The notes under the pieces are model-generated. The model was not told the origin of the DNA, did not search any database, and was given only the letters and a program-made list of their open reading frames with translations. A program made the translations under genes and the position numbers. DNA of 64,000 bases, from positions 62,001 through 126,000 of IMG/VR virus record IMGVR_UViG_3300030419_008158, one strand, 5' to 3'. The first letter of the stretch is position 1; each line of letters opens with the position of its first letter. Positions 50,001-59,849 of the stretch are shown piece by piece.

Positions 50001-50632
50001 GAACCTTCCCCGCTGCTGTCTAGGACACCGTCAACATATATTGAAATTTCTCTATCGTCGTATATGCCGTTGTAAGTTACCACAAGATGATGCCACTCAT
50101 TGCTGCCCAAAAGGCCAGCTGTGGCTGTGTGCAAATAACTATAGTTGTTACTGTCTGTATGAAATGAGACCCTCAGGACCCCCCCTTTGGAGGTCTCACG
50201 AATGGCGTACTCATTTTGCTTACCCATGATCCAGGCCCAGGTGGTGGCATTTGGGTTTCCTTTTACCCACATCGAAATTGAAAACGGTGAAGGTCCGGTG
50301 TTATCATCAAAACTAAGATCATCGCTATCTGCAGTCTTTATAAAAGATAAATCAGCTGTAGAGTGACAGTTAAAAGAGTCGGGATTAAAGCTGACCGGTC
50401 TTAGAGAGAAGGGTGTGTCAATGTCATTTTGAACCGGAAGATGGTCAGTGTTCCACCTGTCGTATGTAACAGTGTGAGAATTTTTAGAAGCATCAACAGC
50501 AGAATCGCCGGGTTTGTCAGTGGGTCCCGGGCGGATCAATAACACTAGATTATCTTGCTTGTCATACAGGCCGTTTTGAGTTACAAACGATTTTTTGTAG
50601 TCAACCAGTATATTTCTTTTTAAGTGTCCCAT
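47048..50632 (-). CDS. LamG (concanavalin A-like) domain baseplate/tail protein
   Basis: FSISMWVK, EWHHLVVTY, IYVDG and GKVSEMGIWNAVLS..VKALY; C-terminal FRRDKYGQFRDMLEQR. Confidence 0.75.
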   Translation of the reverse strand: MGHLKRNILVDYKKSFVTQNGLYDKQDNLVLLIRPGPTDKPGDSAVDASKNSHTVTYDRWNTDHLPVQNDIDTPFSLRPVSFNPDSFNCHSTADLSFIKTADSDDLSFDDNTGPSPFSISMWVKGNPNATTWAWIMGKQNEYAIRETSKGGVLRVSFHTDSNNYSYLHTATAGLLGSNEWHHLVVTYNGIYDDREISIYVDGVLDSSGEGSVQGTYSGMTAGSNDLYWGTLYRGAGNKLSGKVSEMGIWNAVLSVTDVKALYEVTQGVYKSGVISNPPRVMLHDQDVRTGSYPTIMRTGDPDFSGKFASTFDDTSTIIFDTGEKLYPTNLFARHKFVSGGVATPNKLGGITAQGNSTAGVADAHVVFTPGENISPFNESRLYIDNDSQFYATGTTSGVLPGFSQRLGSKTSFTIDINPRIPTNVAFSTGTLPNAEGYSEGVNSGIAYYNFADEKWEVLGDLSTGSNVDILNFDQSIRSRGLVAFAPSGMINNYNGDDQMCSYVGLPVSSYGFPFSEKYDATGSQTYCMSSSISHPFLVEKIVIDFSASFGPENISGDLLRGPCVKQFFLLNQFDNTDNSTTIKTFSPLFGGTQPTLPAADSSPVTQSLGKTKDLIGVGEIAHLAEVGTTPLTGSWRRDLNIIRPVVQTQPASNVRATPITGSYRLEFAPRTYPLSPALGPLPLAKSASRGIFYQTNTSACWSAYMELLGSYYGGRQLTGASSGHSFIRGTPGVRINGTFHNAGLVGPGAVPAGGGTRVNPMRVVEEDLRRESPYILDPSSKIVIGYSNTPNFISNGKESLTSNPGKLTEGYVAESITTLSPGAGKITFYGSLIRDNLPVEMEAGQPLTSDAIHEALHFDNPVYDQWDVGPRSALSGSYVDLVITGSMLALDSLNNLVPEAPDVRQVEYSVAAGQAGPSGSIQRFVRLTDQRGTLYDSYPPDVLATLDILGYGAGSISDVGSATIMPGVPGMGFSSRGVIPFWWFIPAYEKNEKRFFAAGFGNPPIQTYNASDTDLGSAQYVIDDVYLLSDTDLVPASGYVSNDRGDVVKGRKALRNQKKALWGFGDSVNRAPIFERTHVSPKRWRPVIRGYKYGLAGIFGSSVDARFRRDKYGQFRDMLEQRKFPATIEGGSVQYPVSINFVPQDTTTGGQSSPEKTHSQNLSRFATSSLPYYDGQTKERADNPDIVLAPVSVP

Positions 50633-50633
50633 A

Positions 50634-51617
50634 CTACTTCTTCAATCCCCCGTACACAATCGAATCATATCCATAATTGTCATTTTGTGAATAGACAAAG
50701 CCGTGACGAGCGATGACTACAGAGGATCTTACATTATTTGTTCTATTAGACCGGTATGTAATAGAAGCGCTAACAATACCTTGAATCATTACATTTCTAA
50801 TGTCGTTATCTAGAATGTCGCTTTTATAAAAAAGCTCTCTTTGAGACGTATCAGTGTACGGACCTATATTGCGTTCAGCGTCTGAAAATACACCTGGTAG
50901 ATCAATTAGCCCCGCAAAAGATTCTTGAGAATCGTAAAACGGCCTAGTTGAATCATCTCTTAGATCGATCTTGTCATCGACTACTAAAGACTCTCTTTTC
51001 ACATTTGTCATGGAGTTGTCCCCTTTGACGCTGTGTGAAATGTACGGCATCTCGATAGATGTTCTATCTGCAATTTTTCTAATGTCAAAAGGCTCGATGA
51101 CACCATCAAATGAACTCGGTTGTGATCCAGCATTAACCAAGCTAATTGGTTGTACGAAAGTGATTGCATGGCTTTTTATAATACCCACCGGGTCGAATTT
51201 ATCGCACTCTTCGTACGGCTCGCTGCCTTCATATCCCGGTGTTTGTCCTAGATCTCTCTTTTCAATTACATGATCCAGGACTTCTGTGACTCTTCCGGCT
51301 GTGTCTAGAGAGACCATCGAGCCAGATCCGGCTATTCCTATGCTTTCATACTCAAGCAAAGAATTGAAAAAGTTTTGATTTTGCACTACACCGTCAAGTG
51401 CAGTAACAAAACTAATGTTGCCCCTAGTCTTTAGCTGTGTGTATCCCACAAGCTGGGAAAGATCTTTTATTTCTGCACCCTGTACGAATGGTGATAGAGA
51501 GGCTGTATATACTAACCCTACAAAAGTCACCGTCGTCCCAGTGGACACCAGTTTTATTTCTGTGGGATCTGTAGGAGTAGGAGGCGGTACGGGCCTCAGT
51601 GATTCAGGTAATGCCAT
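50634..51617 (-). CDS. Hypothetical baseplate-region structural protein
   Basis: 327-aa ORF with DGVIEPF and C-terminal DSIVYGGLKK; coupled to neighbours. Confidence 0.6.
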   Translation of the reverse strand: MALPESLRPVPPPTPTDPTEIKLVSTGTTVTFVGLVYTASLSPFVQGAEIKDLSQLVGYTQLKTRGNISFVTALDGVVQNQNFFNSLLEYESIGIAGSGSMVSLDTAGRVTEVLDHVIEKRDLGQTPGYEGSEPYEECDKFDPVGIIKSHAITFVQPISLVNAGSQPSSFDGVIEPFDIRKIADRTSIEMPYISHSVKGDNSMTNVKRESLVVDDKIDLRDDSTRPFYDSQESFAGLIDLPGVFSDAERNIGPYTDTSQRELFYKSDILDNDIRNVMIQGIVSASITYRSNRTNNVRSSVVIARHGFVYSQNDNYGYDSIVYGGLKK

Positions 51618-54600
51618 TAGAACTTCCTCAGTGAACCAACAATTTGCTGGAGTCTAATTACTTCTTTTCCGCCCCTGTCTTCCTCTCCCAAGTACAAATC
51701 GTAATATTTGTAAGAAAACTTTGCTCTTTCTAGCGCGTGACTTTCTATGACGTAAGAAGATCCTAAAAATCTAGTATCGCCAGGGATCATTTGTTCAAGT
51801 ATATCACCAATAGTATCATCAAAAAACTTAAAAAACTCAAAAAACGACAAAAAATTAACTTTCTTTGTCAGACGATTGAAATAAATTCTTCTAAGATTTC
51901 TCAAGCTAGGGTAGTCCTGCGAAAATACAAGCTCAGGACTTCCAATCAGATTGTCCAGAGCATTAAGGGTTGAAAATATGTTCATAATATCTTCGTTTAA
52001 CCCTTGCGTAACAGAAATTTCTACAGCAACTCGATTGTCATCTTGAGGCTGCTCATTTTGAGGTATGTCATGTAAAGGTGCAAAGGAAGCACCTGACTCT
52101 CTTACGTTTTCTAGACTTTTGTAACTTCTTACCCTTATCTTGTTAGGATTTTCGCCTGATTGGAAATTACTTGAAAGCACATCAAAATCAAACCTTTCCG
52201 GTAAAATTACTCTTTTTGAAGATTCAAACCCTGTTCCGGCAAATGTATTACTATTTTGACTAAAGTCAAATCCAGTAATTTCACCGCTAGAATCGGACTC
52301 AGTGATAGGCTGGTCAAGGGATACATCCAATCTTAGCTTTTGAAAAGATCCGCTTGTATTTGTTACAAAACTAAAATTTGCTTCTGGGTCTTTGACGCCA
52401 ACTGACTTGAAGTTTTTTGAATGTGTCTTGGTCTCTTCCTCCGAAAGCCCCTTAGAATAAAATCTAAGCGAGGAAAGCATTCCTGTGAATGTAGTGTATC
52501 TGCTTTCTGGGTAATCATTGTTCACGGTATCATTGAGGAAAGCGTTTGATGATGTGTTGATGCTCTGGCTTCCAATTACAAGAAATGTTCCGCTCGAATT
52601 ATAATTCTCGCTAAATTTTTGAGCATAGTTTGTACCATTTCTGGCACCATCGTCAAAATAGCTTGATGTTGTATAGAATTGCTCTAAGCCTGCAGGGCTA
52701 AATTTTGAAGCTCGAAGGAAGTATGAAGAAGATGTATATGTGTCTATTAGATCGTTTCGATTTCTTCCAAAGCTAATTTGCCATTTTCCGCCATCAAAAA
52801 TATCGACGCCCGTAAGTGTAAGATTCAGACCCTCAGAGTCTGTGACACTATTAGGGCGACCAAATAAAGTAACTGATCCTGTAATAGATGATAGGGGCAC
52901 GGGTTTTCTTGCGACGCAATTATACATGACATTGTGTTCATTGCCCAATGATCCTGTTGTGTGAATACGAACAAGGCTCTGTTTTGTTGTGTGACTTATT
53001 TTGTTAGTGAATTTATAGCGACCTTCAAAAGTCCACGACCCAGATGTAAAATATCCATCGGATACTTGGCTAGTACCTAACTCACCTTGTGTCCCCCAAG
53101 CTTCAGGTTTTCCAGGTTCAGTTCTCGATCCTGATAAAAATGAACTCTGGAGGAATGGACGTCCGGGGTCAATTCCTTGCGGGTTTACAGTTCCTGCATC
53201 TGCCAGCGTTCCTGACATGTTGAGCATGGCTGCTATTTCGTGTCTTCTTATAAAAGAATCACCTAAGTTTCTAATGGAAGATCCGCCGTATTCTCTAATT
53301 CTAATCGGGCCATTTGGTGATATTCCTAAATTAGACAAAAGAGAGCGAACGCTTGCCATCGTCCCTCTGGACGATAATAGGTAGGGCAAGTCTGAAAATA
53401 TTCTTCTCCAAAGCATGTTTTGTACAGTTTGGATTGCTGTTGTAGTTGTTCTATCCTGTCTTACATTTTTACCGTCAAGAAACTGCTCTGCGCTTAAAGC
53501 ACCAAACATTTCAGGAAGATCTACTCCATAATATCGAGACAGCCACGGTAAAAGCTGATTGCTAACTGTTTCATTTGTAAGCACGTCTACTTTCAACAAA
53601 CGCTTGAATTCGTCGATAAACATTTTTAGTTCATCAAATGATTCTGCAAATGTAAATAAAATTGCTGCTATAATTTGAGGCTGCCCTACAGTAGCACCAC
53701 CCGGCTGGTCTATTGCAGTACCAATATCATCAGAAAGACCAGCATTTTCTGATTCGAATCCTTCAAATGATGATGCATCTCTAAGATAGTGTGGAGGTAT
53801 TAGTCGTGTGACTATATTGGGATTAGATGCATCATACTGCTTTGCTTCTGTTAAAAAAGAAGAATTTAGACTTGTCAAAGAAGAAAATGAAGGAAACAAA
53901 GAGATTGTTGAGGCGCGGGATTCTCCGGACATAGGTGAAGAACCAAACGTGTCTGTGCTTCTTTGGTTCATCGAAAAGTTAGATATCGAAGAATGCAAAC
54001 TATTTCCTGAATAATCTAGGACTAAATTTGATCCATTTCCGGAAAATGTTCCTGAAGGTTCGTTAAGACGAAAAAGAAGCTTTAAATCTTTTTGTGCAAA
54101 AACTTCCTGGTATTGCTGCTTTCTTATTTCTTTTTGTGTTTTTCTTTTGTGCCAAAACCTGATGTCGTCAAGGGCGCCCGACAACGTTTCAGCTGGAGTC
54201 ATTACTGTTCCCGCAATAGTTTGAGATGAACCACTTCCAATATAAAGCGGTGATGTAGTAAAGTCAATACTTCCAATAGCAGCAAAAGAAGAACTAGACT
54301 CAAGAGCTGCATCTCTATAAAGAAATAGCTGGCCCGGGCCGGCGGATTTATCAAAAACAGCAGCTACGTGCTGAAAGTTACCCTTTGTAATCTCCATGGA
54401 AGTTTTGAGACTTTGTGACCCAGATATGACTGCCATCACCAAATTTGCTGTCTCTGTACTTGAAGATTCTTCAAGATATACAGTAATGCCATTGTTAGAT
54501 GATTTTTTCTGAAAAACTATTTGATTGTCATTAGCAATTCCCGGAACAGAAAAGTGAAACTCTAGAGTAAAAGGACTATTTTTAGGATCCAAGACGCCTT

Positions 54601-55084
54601 CGCCTGTTGGATTTTTTGAAAGTGTCGGTGTGGTTGATCCTTTAAAGTCTTTTACTTCAATAAATGTTCCGGGAGAACTAGGGGAAGCAGATCCGCTAAA
54701 AGCAAGATAACCTGACCTTGAAGGGAACTGATTGTACACATACTTTTCAAATCCTGTCAAGCTATCAACAAATGCAACAATTTCGCTAAAAGTTCCGTCA
54801 AAAGGCATCTTGTTGATAATTTTATCGAAAGCTTTTTGAACTTTAGCTTCGGCACTATTAAAAAATGTATGATTTGAAAAATTAGAAAAATCTACATTGA
54901 GCTGCTGCGTACTTTTTAGTGCTGATCCTGGAGAGTCGTAACGAAATGTTCCTGTCAAAGGAGATGCTTTTTCATCAACACCCTCTAGAGTAACAGACCT
55001 GACGGGTGCGGAATTTTTTCGATTTCGACGAATGCCTGATTTAAAGAGCAGACTCTCTACACCCGTATTACTAGATCTGGCCAT
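51617..55084 (-). CDS. Baseplate wedge protein (gp7-like position) with two LamG-like domains
   Basis: LIPPHYL, FDELKMFID, WRRIFSDLPYLLSSRGT..SVRSLL...IREYG wedge motif, two LamG-like inserts and IESHALER. Confidence 0.7.
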   Translation of the reverse strand: MARSSNTGVESLLFKSGIRRNRKNSAPVRSVTLEGVDEKASPLTGTFRYDSPGSALKSTQQLNVDFSNFSNHTFFNSAEAKVQKAFDKIINKMPFDGTFSEIVAFVDSLTGFEKYVYNQFPSRSGYLAFSGSASPSSPGTFIEVKDFKGSTTPTLSKNPTGEGVLDPKNSPFTLEFHFSVPGIANDNQIVFQKKSSNNGITVYLEESSSTETANLVMAVISGSQSLKTSMEITKGNFQHVAAVFDKSAGPGQLFLYRDAALESSSSFAAIGSIDFTTSPLYIGSGSSQTIAGTVMTPAETLSGALDDIRFWHKRKTQKEIRKQQYQEVFAQKDLKLLFRLNEPSGTFSGNGSNLVLDYSGNSLHSSISNFSMNQRSTDTFGSSPMSGESRASTISLFPSFSSLTSLNSSFLTEAKQYDASNPNIVTRLIPPHYLRDASSFEGFESENAGLSDDIGTAIDQPGGATVGQPQIIAAILFTFAESFDELKMFIDEFKRLLKVDVLTNETVSNQLLPWLSRYYGVDLPEMFGALSAEQFLDGKNVRQDRTTTTAIQTVQNMLWRRIFSDLPYLLSSRGTMASVRSLLSNLGISPNGPIRIREYGGSSIRNLGDSFIRRHEIAAMLNMSGTLADAGTVNPQGIDPGRPFLQSSFLSGSRTEPGKPEAWGTQGELGTSQVSDGYFTSGSWTFEGRYKFTNKISHTTKQSLVRIHTTGSLGNEHNVMYNCVARKPVPLSSITGSVTLFGRPNSVTDSEGLNLTLTGVDIFDGGKWQISFGRNRNDLIDTYTSSSYFLRASKFSPAGLEQFYTTSSYFDDGARNGTNYAQKFSENYNSSGTFLVIGSQSINTSSNAFLNDTVNNDYPESRYTTFTGMLSSLRFYSKGLSEEETKTHSKNFKSVGVKDPEANFSFVTNTSGSFQKLRLDVSLDQPITESDSSGEITGFDFSQNSNTFAGTGFESSKRVILPERFDFDVLSSNFQSGENPNKIRVRSYKSLENVRESGASFAPLHDIPQNEQPQDDNRVAVEISVTQGLNEDIMNIFSTLNALDNLIGSPELVFSQDYPSLRNLRRIYFNRLTKKVNFLSFFEFFKFFDDTIGDILEQMIPGDTRFLGSSYVIESHALERAKFSYKYYDLYLGEEDRGGKEVIRLQQIVGSLRKF

Positions 55085-56643
55085 TATCCCTTAACCTCAA
55101 AAATAGAATCTCTATTTTGCACCAAATAGCTAGTTCCACGATCTATAACATAGAAATCAAATGCGTAAGACCTTCCGGGAACTAGAGCTTGCATCTTGAA
55201 ATCAAAAAACATCCCTTCAGAGTCAGTGGATACTTTTGTCGAATTAGTCTTGTTATCGTAGGGAAGAATGATTTTTCCCGTAACTCGGTCGACGACCTGG
55301 TAGTAAATTTTTTCATATATTATGCTTTTTAGTGAGTAAGGCGTCTTTACAGGCGCGGAATTTTCGTTTATCAAATCGCGCCCGAATAGTTTGAATCTGA
55401 CTGTATCATCCTTGTTGTAAGATTTTTCCGCATTTGTTATGATCAATTGAGGCTCTCTAGACCCAAACTGTCCGGACTTTCTAGTCGGCTGCTTCATTAC
55501 AAATGTTCCAGTATGAAATGCCACAGTCCCATCAATTGACTTCCAATATGTTGTAAATTCAACTTCTCCTTTTTCTCTAAGGAGCTTGGAAATGCTGTCA
55601 CGCTTATTATAAAGACTGGAGTCAACAGACGATAAACCAAATGATGCTGAATATACTCCCGTCATATAATTTGTGCTTCCATCTGCCTTTATTGTTCCCT
55701 GGGAGTGCTGACTTCCCGTTACGTAATAATTGAACAAACCTTTTTTGAGATGCAGCACAAAACAATTTTGTCCTGATATTTCTGATAAAGAAGACCCACT
55801 TACCAAATTTGCCCTAGATGATCTAAGATAAGAATTTAAGAATAAAGTTCCGCTTGCATCAAAATAAAAATCCTGATGATTGTCTTGAATTGAGTCGTCA
55901 AATTTTACAAGAAGTCTGGGTCTGAGAAGTGGATTTGCAACATGTCTAGAAGCAAATCTTTTTACAAATCTTGTCTTAGTATCTGTCTCTTCTGATCCTG
56001 TATAGGATAGCCGAAAGCCAACATCTGGAATTTGTCCTGCAATAGTAGCTGAGACTAGATTGGTCACGTCTATCTGCAAGTCCTCTGTCCCTTTTTGGAA
56101 TAACTGCTTCTTCTCGAACGATACAACACCATTGCCGTCACTTAAGTTTCCGCTGGTGATATAATCAATATTAGTAGATGCTAAAAGTCCACCTGCATTT
56201 GCACCAGATGTATACCACAAATTGTTCTGGGTCGTATATGACGCAGTGACAAAATTTGAAACATGAACATCAGAAAATTTTCCCGTGTCTATTCCTTCAC
56301 CCTCATCAAATGTCTGTGAAAGCGGATAAACAGAAAGTGTAAAATTTCTCGGTATTGCATGACCGGTCATTATGTCTTTCATTTCAAGCGTTGCTCTAAA
56401 GGTGCTACTATTCAAGTCAATAATAGATCCCGTTAGATCGCTTATGGGAGATAGATCAAATCTTACCAGTGCTCTAGATATTTCTGTCTGTGACGATGTC
56501 CCGTTTAGTGTTGTTTCATTGTAAAGTTTGAAAAGATCTAGTGTTGCCGCTTGTCCTACATTAGCATCTTTAGCCCTGAAATCACCGTCAATTATCTTGT
56601 CTGTGATATATGTGTCTGAGCTGGCCGTACATATAATAATCAT
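55084..56643 (-). CDS. Baseplate protein with DNRLRE-like N-terminal domain
   Basis: DTYI, SRALVRFDLS and DVTNLV...GF...FASR...RPRL pattern; start at ATG 56643 behind GAGGAAG. Confidence 0.6.
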   Translation of the reverse strand: MIIICTASSDTYITDKIIDGDFRAKDANVGQAATLDLFKLYNETTLNGTSSQTEISRALVRFDLSPISDLTGSIIDLNSSTFRATLEMKDIMTGHAIPRNFTLSVYPLSQTFDEGEGIDTGKFSDVHVSNFVTASYTTQNNLWYTSGANAGGLLASTNIDYITSGNLSDGNGVVSFEKKQLFQKGTEDLQIDVTNLVSATIAGQIPDVGFRLSYTGSEETDTKTRFVKRFASRHVANPLLRPRLLVKFDDSIQDNHQDFYFDASGTLFLNSYLRSSRANLVSGSSLSEISGQNCFVLHLKKGLFNYYVTGSQHSQGTIKADGSTNYMTGVYSASFGLSSVDSSLYNKRDSISKLLREKGEVEFTTYWKSIDGTVAFHTGTFVMKQPTRKSGQFGSREPQLIITNAEKSYNKDDTVRFKLFGRDLINENSAPVKTPYSLKSIIYEKIYYQVVDRVTGKIILPYDNKTNSTKVSTDSEGMFFDFKMQALVPGRSYAFDFYVIDRGTSYLVQNRDSIFEVKG

Positions 56644-56650
56644 TTCTTCC

Positions 56651-58495
56651 TCACACAGCTGTTCCAATTACATCAAACGAAGGAAACTTTAGCTCGAATA
56701 TTGATCCTCGATCAGGTATTATCATACCTTTTGTTTGACTTTGTTTAAAATCAAATGTATTGGTGTTATAAACCCTATCTTCAACTTGCCCAAATCGAGG
56801 AAATACTTGAAGATCGACAAGTGAGATAACAAAATTAGAATTGATAATAATGTTTGTAATGTCATCAATAATAATTGGCTGATCTATGTTGAAGTATTCC
56901 TTTTCAAAAGCCAGACTAATTGCTGAATTTATCGATGTAAGCACTTGATTTTTGTTGGCATTTTCTGCTACAAAAACGCTGTACTTAATTCCAAAGTTTA
57001 TTACCTTTGCATCCAAAATATCTACGGCATCACCTACCAAGCGAAGCTCATTTAAATAAGTGCTTACATTTTTTTTCAAAGAGTCAGGGGCCACGCCTAG
57101 GCTTCCGTCTTCATTTTTTGAAAGCACATAAACAAGTGCAGAACCGGGATTTATAGGATTGGGTGCTATAGATGCCCTATAGATTCTTCCAAACTCACTA
57201 GGTAGCGTATATAGACGCGCCAGTAAATCTTCTTTTGACACCACTCTTCTTTGAGATTTTCTTGCTGAAGTGATGCGGGCTTTTAAGTCAGTTAGTGTTG
57301 GAGCTTCATCGCCTCCCCTAGCAGATTCTGGATTTGTCACTAAAACTGATTGTCTTACAGTGAGCGCATCGGTTGCACTAGGATTTCTTCTAAATGTTAG
57401 CGAAAGAACATCTACTGACTCGATTGCGTTGGACGAGACATTGTGAGACAATCCTCCCCCATGTCTATATCTGACTGTTAAGTTTGTTCCGCGAGGACTT
57501 ATACCTAAAGTTTGCGTCTCTAAAAGTGATGCTGGATCTATGCTAAACCTAGGTACAACAGTCTTTCCATACAAATTGAGAGAAAGCTCGCTGGGATCGG
57601 GTATAATGTCATCGTCAAGTGTTCCTGCATTGCCGCTTCCAAACCTTACAGTAGTCAATTGAGTTGTTGGGTCATAGCGTCGAGTAAATCGATAGGGTGC
57701 TGCTATGACTCTCATAAAATAGGGGACCTGTGATGCATCTGCTGTTTGATTTTTTGTCTTTAGAAATACAGTATCTTCGCTCAAAGATGACACTTCATAA
57801 TATGTGTTAGAATCAGTATCTTTGATAGACAGAATAGCAGTGATAAATTTTTGTGATAAAGTAAACTCTCTAAATGGTACAAATGTATCTGACACTGTTA
57901 TAGTTTCTGTCGTTTCCTCTCCTGAGACTGCTATTACGTCCCTGGAGACTTTAAATGATTTTGGTTGGCCATTGGCCTCTGTAGCAGATATTATGTAGCT
58001 GGCTAAAAAATTACCGTCTTCGTCTTGCTCAGAAAAATCTATGTCTTCTGTCGTGGTAAATGTTACACCTGTAAAAGAAGATGTTTGTGTTCCTGCCAAT
58101 ATTACGGGCATTGCGCTTCTTTTAGGCAAATACAGACCATTGACCTGCTCAGCAGGAACTGTTATTGTAAATTTTAAACTTACAACAGACGGAGATGCCC
58201 CAACTATGTCGACTCCCGCATTTCTTAGGTGTGTGATAATGCTGTCAGACTCAACTGCCCGCAGAGGGTCAAGTTCTCTGAAGGCGTGGTCTAAATAAAA
58301 ACTTAGTGAATCACCAACTGTTGCTGCAAAATCCAAAAACATTCCGCCAACTGATGGTTCAGAAAAGTCCTGGATTTTATCCGGAAAGTATGTTCTAGCT
58401 GTATCTAAAAGCTGCGCTCGTATTGTCTCAAAATCTCGAGCAATATACGTTCTATTTTGCTCTTTTTTTATCTTTTTCTTTACTTGAAATGCCAT
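56651..58495 (-). CDS. gp6: Baseplate wedge protein (T4 gp6 / baseplate J-like)
   Basis: RDFETIR, DFSEPSVG, GDSLSFYLD, FGSG, YRHGGG..NV, GGDEA and QRRVVSKED. Confidence 0.88.
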   Translation of the reverse strand: MAFQVKKKIKKEQNRTYIARDFETIRAQLLDTARTYFPDKIQDFSEPSVGGMFLDFAATVGDSLSFYLDHAFRELDPLRAVESDSIITHLRNAGVDIVGASPSVVSLKFTITVPAEQVNGLYLPKRSAMPVILAGTQTSSFTGVTFTTTEDIDFSEQDEDGNFLASYIISATEANGQPKSFKVSRDVIAVSGEETTETITVSDTFVPFREFTLSQKFITAILSIKDTDSNTYYEVSSLSEDTVFLKTKNQTADASQVPYFMRVIAAPYRFTRRYDPTTQLTTVRFGSGNAGTLDDDIIPDPSELSLNLYGKTVVPRFSIDPASLLETQTLGISPRGTNLTVRYRHGGGLSHNVSSNAIESVDVLSLTFRRNPSATDALTVRQSVLVTNPESARGGDEAPTLTDLKARITSARKSQRRVVSKEDLLARLYTLPSEFGRIYRASIAPNPINPGSALVYVLSKNEDGSLGVAPDSLKKNVSTYLNELRLVGDAVDILDAKVINFGIKYSVFVAENANKNQVLTSINSAISLAFEKEYFNIDQPIIIDDITNIIINSNFVISLVDLQVFPRFGQVEDRVYNTNTFDFKQSQTKGMIIPDRGSIFELKFPSFDVIGTAV

Positions 58496-58974
58496 TAGTT
58501 TGCCACCACGATTGAAACCTCTACTATCTGATTAGTTGCATTAATTGACGGGATCGAATACCCCACCTTTATTGTATTTACTATTACGTCTCCCTCCGGA
58601 GTTGCCGACGTTTCAAATGTTTCTAGCGAAACATAGGGCAAATATTTTGTAACAGCAGCAGAAATTCTTGCAAGTGCTTCTTCGATAACATCATTAGAAG
58701 TCATATCATAAGACAGCTCTTTTAAGTTCGCACCGTAGTCTGTAAGCATCAATCTCTCTCCGTGATTGGTGCTCAATAAATTTTTCATGTTATCCCGAAC
58801 TTGATCGACAAGTCTTTTTGACATCTTAAACATCGACTCTTCATCTTGCTCAAAAGAAATAGGCGTCAATATCCCTATGGGAAGACTTACAGCTGTGTCT
58901 TCCTTCATTGTCTGGACCTTACTTTGCAAGTTCCCAACAGATTTGAAATCGTATATTTTTTTAGCCTGTGCCAT
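58495..58974 (-). CDS. gp25: Baseplate wedge / sheath initiator (gp25-like)
   Basis: QVRDNMKNLLSTNHGERLMLTDYGANL and KYLPYV. Confidence 0.88.
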   Translation of the reverse strand: MAQAKKIYDFKSVGNLQSKVQTMKEDTAVSLPIGILTPISFEQDEESMFKMSKRLVDQVRDNMKNLLSTNHGERLMLTDYGANLKELSYDMTSNDVIEEALARISAAVTKYLPYVSLETFETSATPEGDVIVNTIKVGYSIPSINATNQIVEVSIVVAN

Positions 58975-58990
58975 TTTTCCTGCTCTTGGA

Positions 58991-58999
58991 CTAAATATC
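58991..58999 (-). promoter_or_regulatory. Putative late promoter motif GATATTTAG upstream of wedge genes
   Basis: Exact consensus followed by AGGA RBS. Confidence 0.6.
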
Positions 59000-59061
59000 C
59001 ATAAGTTCGACCTTCTTAATTGAACCGGGAATCTTTACATTGCAAGAAAGCAACAAGCTCA

Positions 59062-59628
59062 CTATGTAAGCATACCTTGTGCATCCCCAGTTGCAGGAGA
59101 AGTAAATGCAGGAACAGGAGCACTCCCTGGTGGCGGACCCATAAATCCTGCAACCGTTACGTTTCCATCAATGTTGTACGTAGTAGTTACCTCTCCTGTT
59201 GCAGCAAATGCATGCACTCCATTTCCAATACCTTCTGCTAAGGTTCTTATGATGCCATCAGAGTCTGCGCCGTCTTTTTTGCCTTCTTCTCTTGAGTCAA
59301 TATGAGCACTTTCAATATCAGCAGCTAAATCTACGTCTGTTGAAAATTTCAAATCACCATTCGGGCCTTTTGCTGTTCCCGGTGAAACAGTGGCTCCGGC
59401 GCCAACAAGAGGAGGCAGTGCTGTAGCAACATGACCAGGCGGAATTATGTGATCAGTGACGACCTTGGCAGTCTCCATGTATTTTTTAATTGCTGCGGCT
59501 AACTCTTCAGAAAGAGTTTTGATAATTGCATCTGAGTCTGCACCTGTATTTTTTCCTTCATCTCTTGCAGTCTTATAGGCATTTTCAATATCAGTCAAAA
59601 GTGTTGATTTATCTAGTCCTTGACCCAT
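59062..59628 (-). CDS. Spike-associated protein with two tandem copies of an ~90-aa repeat
   Basis: Two copies: DIENAYKTARDEGKNTGADSDAIIKTL and DIESAHIDSREEGKKDGADSDGIIRTL. Confidence 0.7.
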   Translation of the reverse strand: MGQGLDKSTLLTDIENAYKTARDEGKNTGADSDAIIKTLSEELAAAIKKYMETAKVVTDHIIPPGHVATALPPLVGAGATVSPGTAKGPNGDLKFSTDVDLAADIESAHIDSREEGKKDGADSDGIIRTLAEGIGNGVHAFAATGEVTTTYNIDGNVTVAGFMGPPPGSAPVPAFTSPATGDAQGMLT

Positions 59629-59849
59629 TATGTAAGCTCTCCTGTGCCCGTTGTCGGCTGTGGAACCATGTTTCCACCTGGTGCAGTCTGCTGTGTTCCA
59701 GTTTGCCCTGTTGTGACCACCAAAGCAGACTTTGTGTATTTATCAATAGCCTCAGAAAGCTCAGTTGCAAGTGTTGTAATAATTCCATCAGAGTCGGCCC
59801 CCGTTTTCGCGCCTTCATCTCTTGCAGTCTTATAGGCATTTTCAATATC
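59555..59849. repeat. 38-bp exact direct repeat (59555-59592 and 59812-59849) shared by two adjacent genes
   Basis: ccttcatctcttgcagtcttataggcattttcaatatc occurs twice, with a degenerate third copy near 59282-59319. Confidence 0.9.

Noticed and set aside
58495-58974. gp25 as an active lysozyme
   Set aside because: The family label is historical; gp25 proteins are structural sheath initiators and no catalytic motif is evident.
1355-58999. TAAATA on the plus strand read as T4 late promoters
   Set aside because: They would point away from every gene. The variants (TAAGTA, TAATTA, TAACTA) and the position upstream of minus-strand starts fit a minus-strand motif better. Antisense activity is not formally excluded.
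59282-59849. 38-bp repeat as CRISPR array or DGR template/variable repeat
   Set aside because: Only two exact copies, 257 bp apart and in-frame within paralogous coding domains; no adenine-specific mismatches, and no cas or reverse transcriptase gene in the window.
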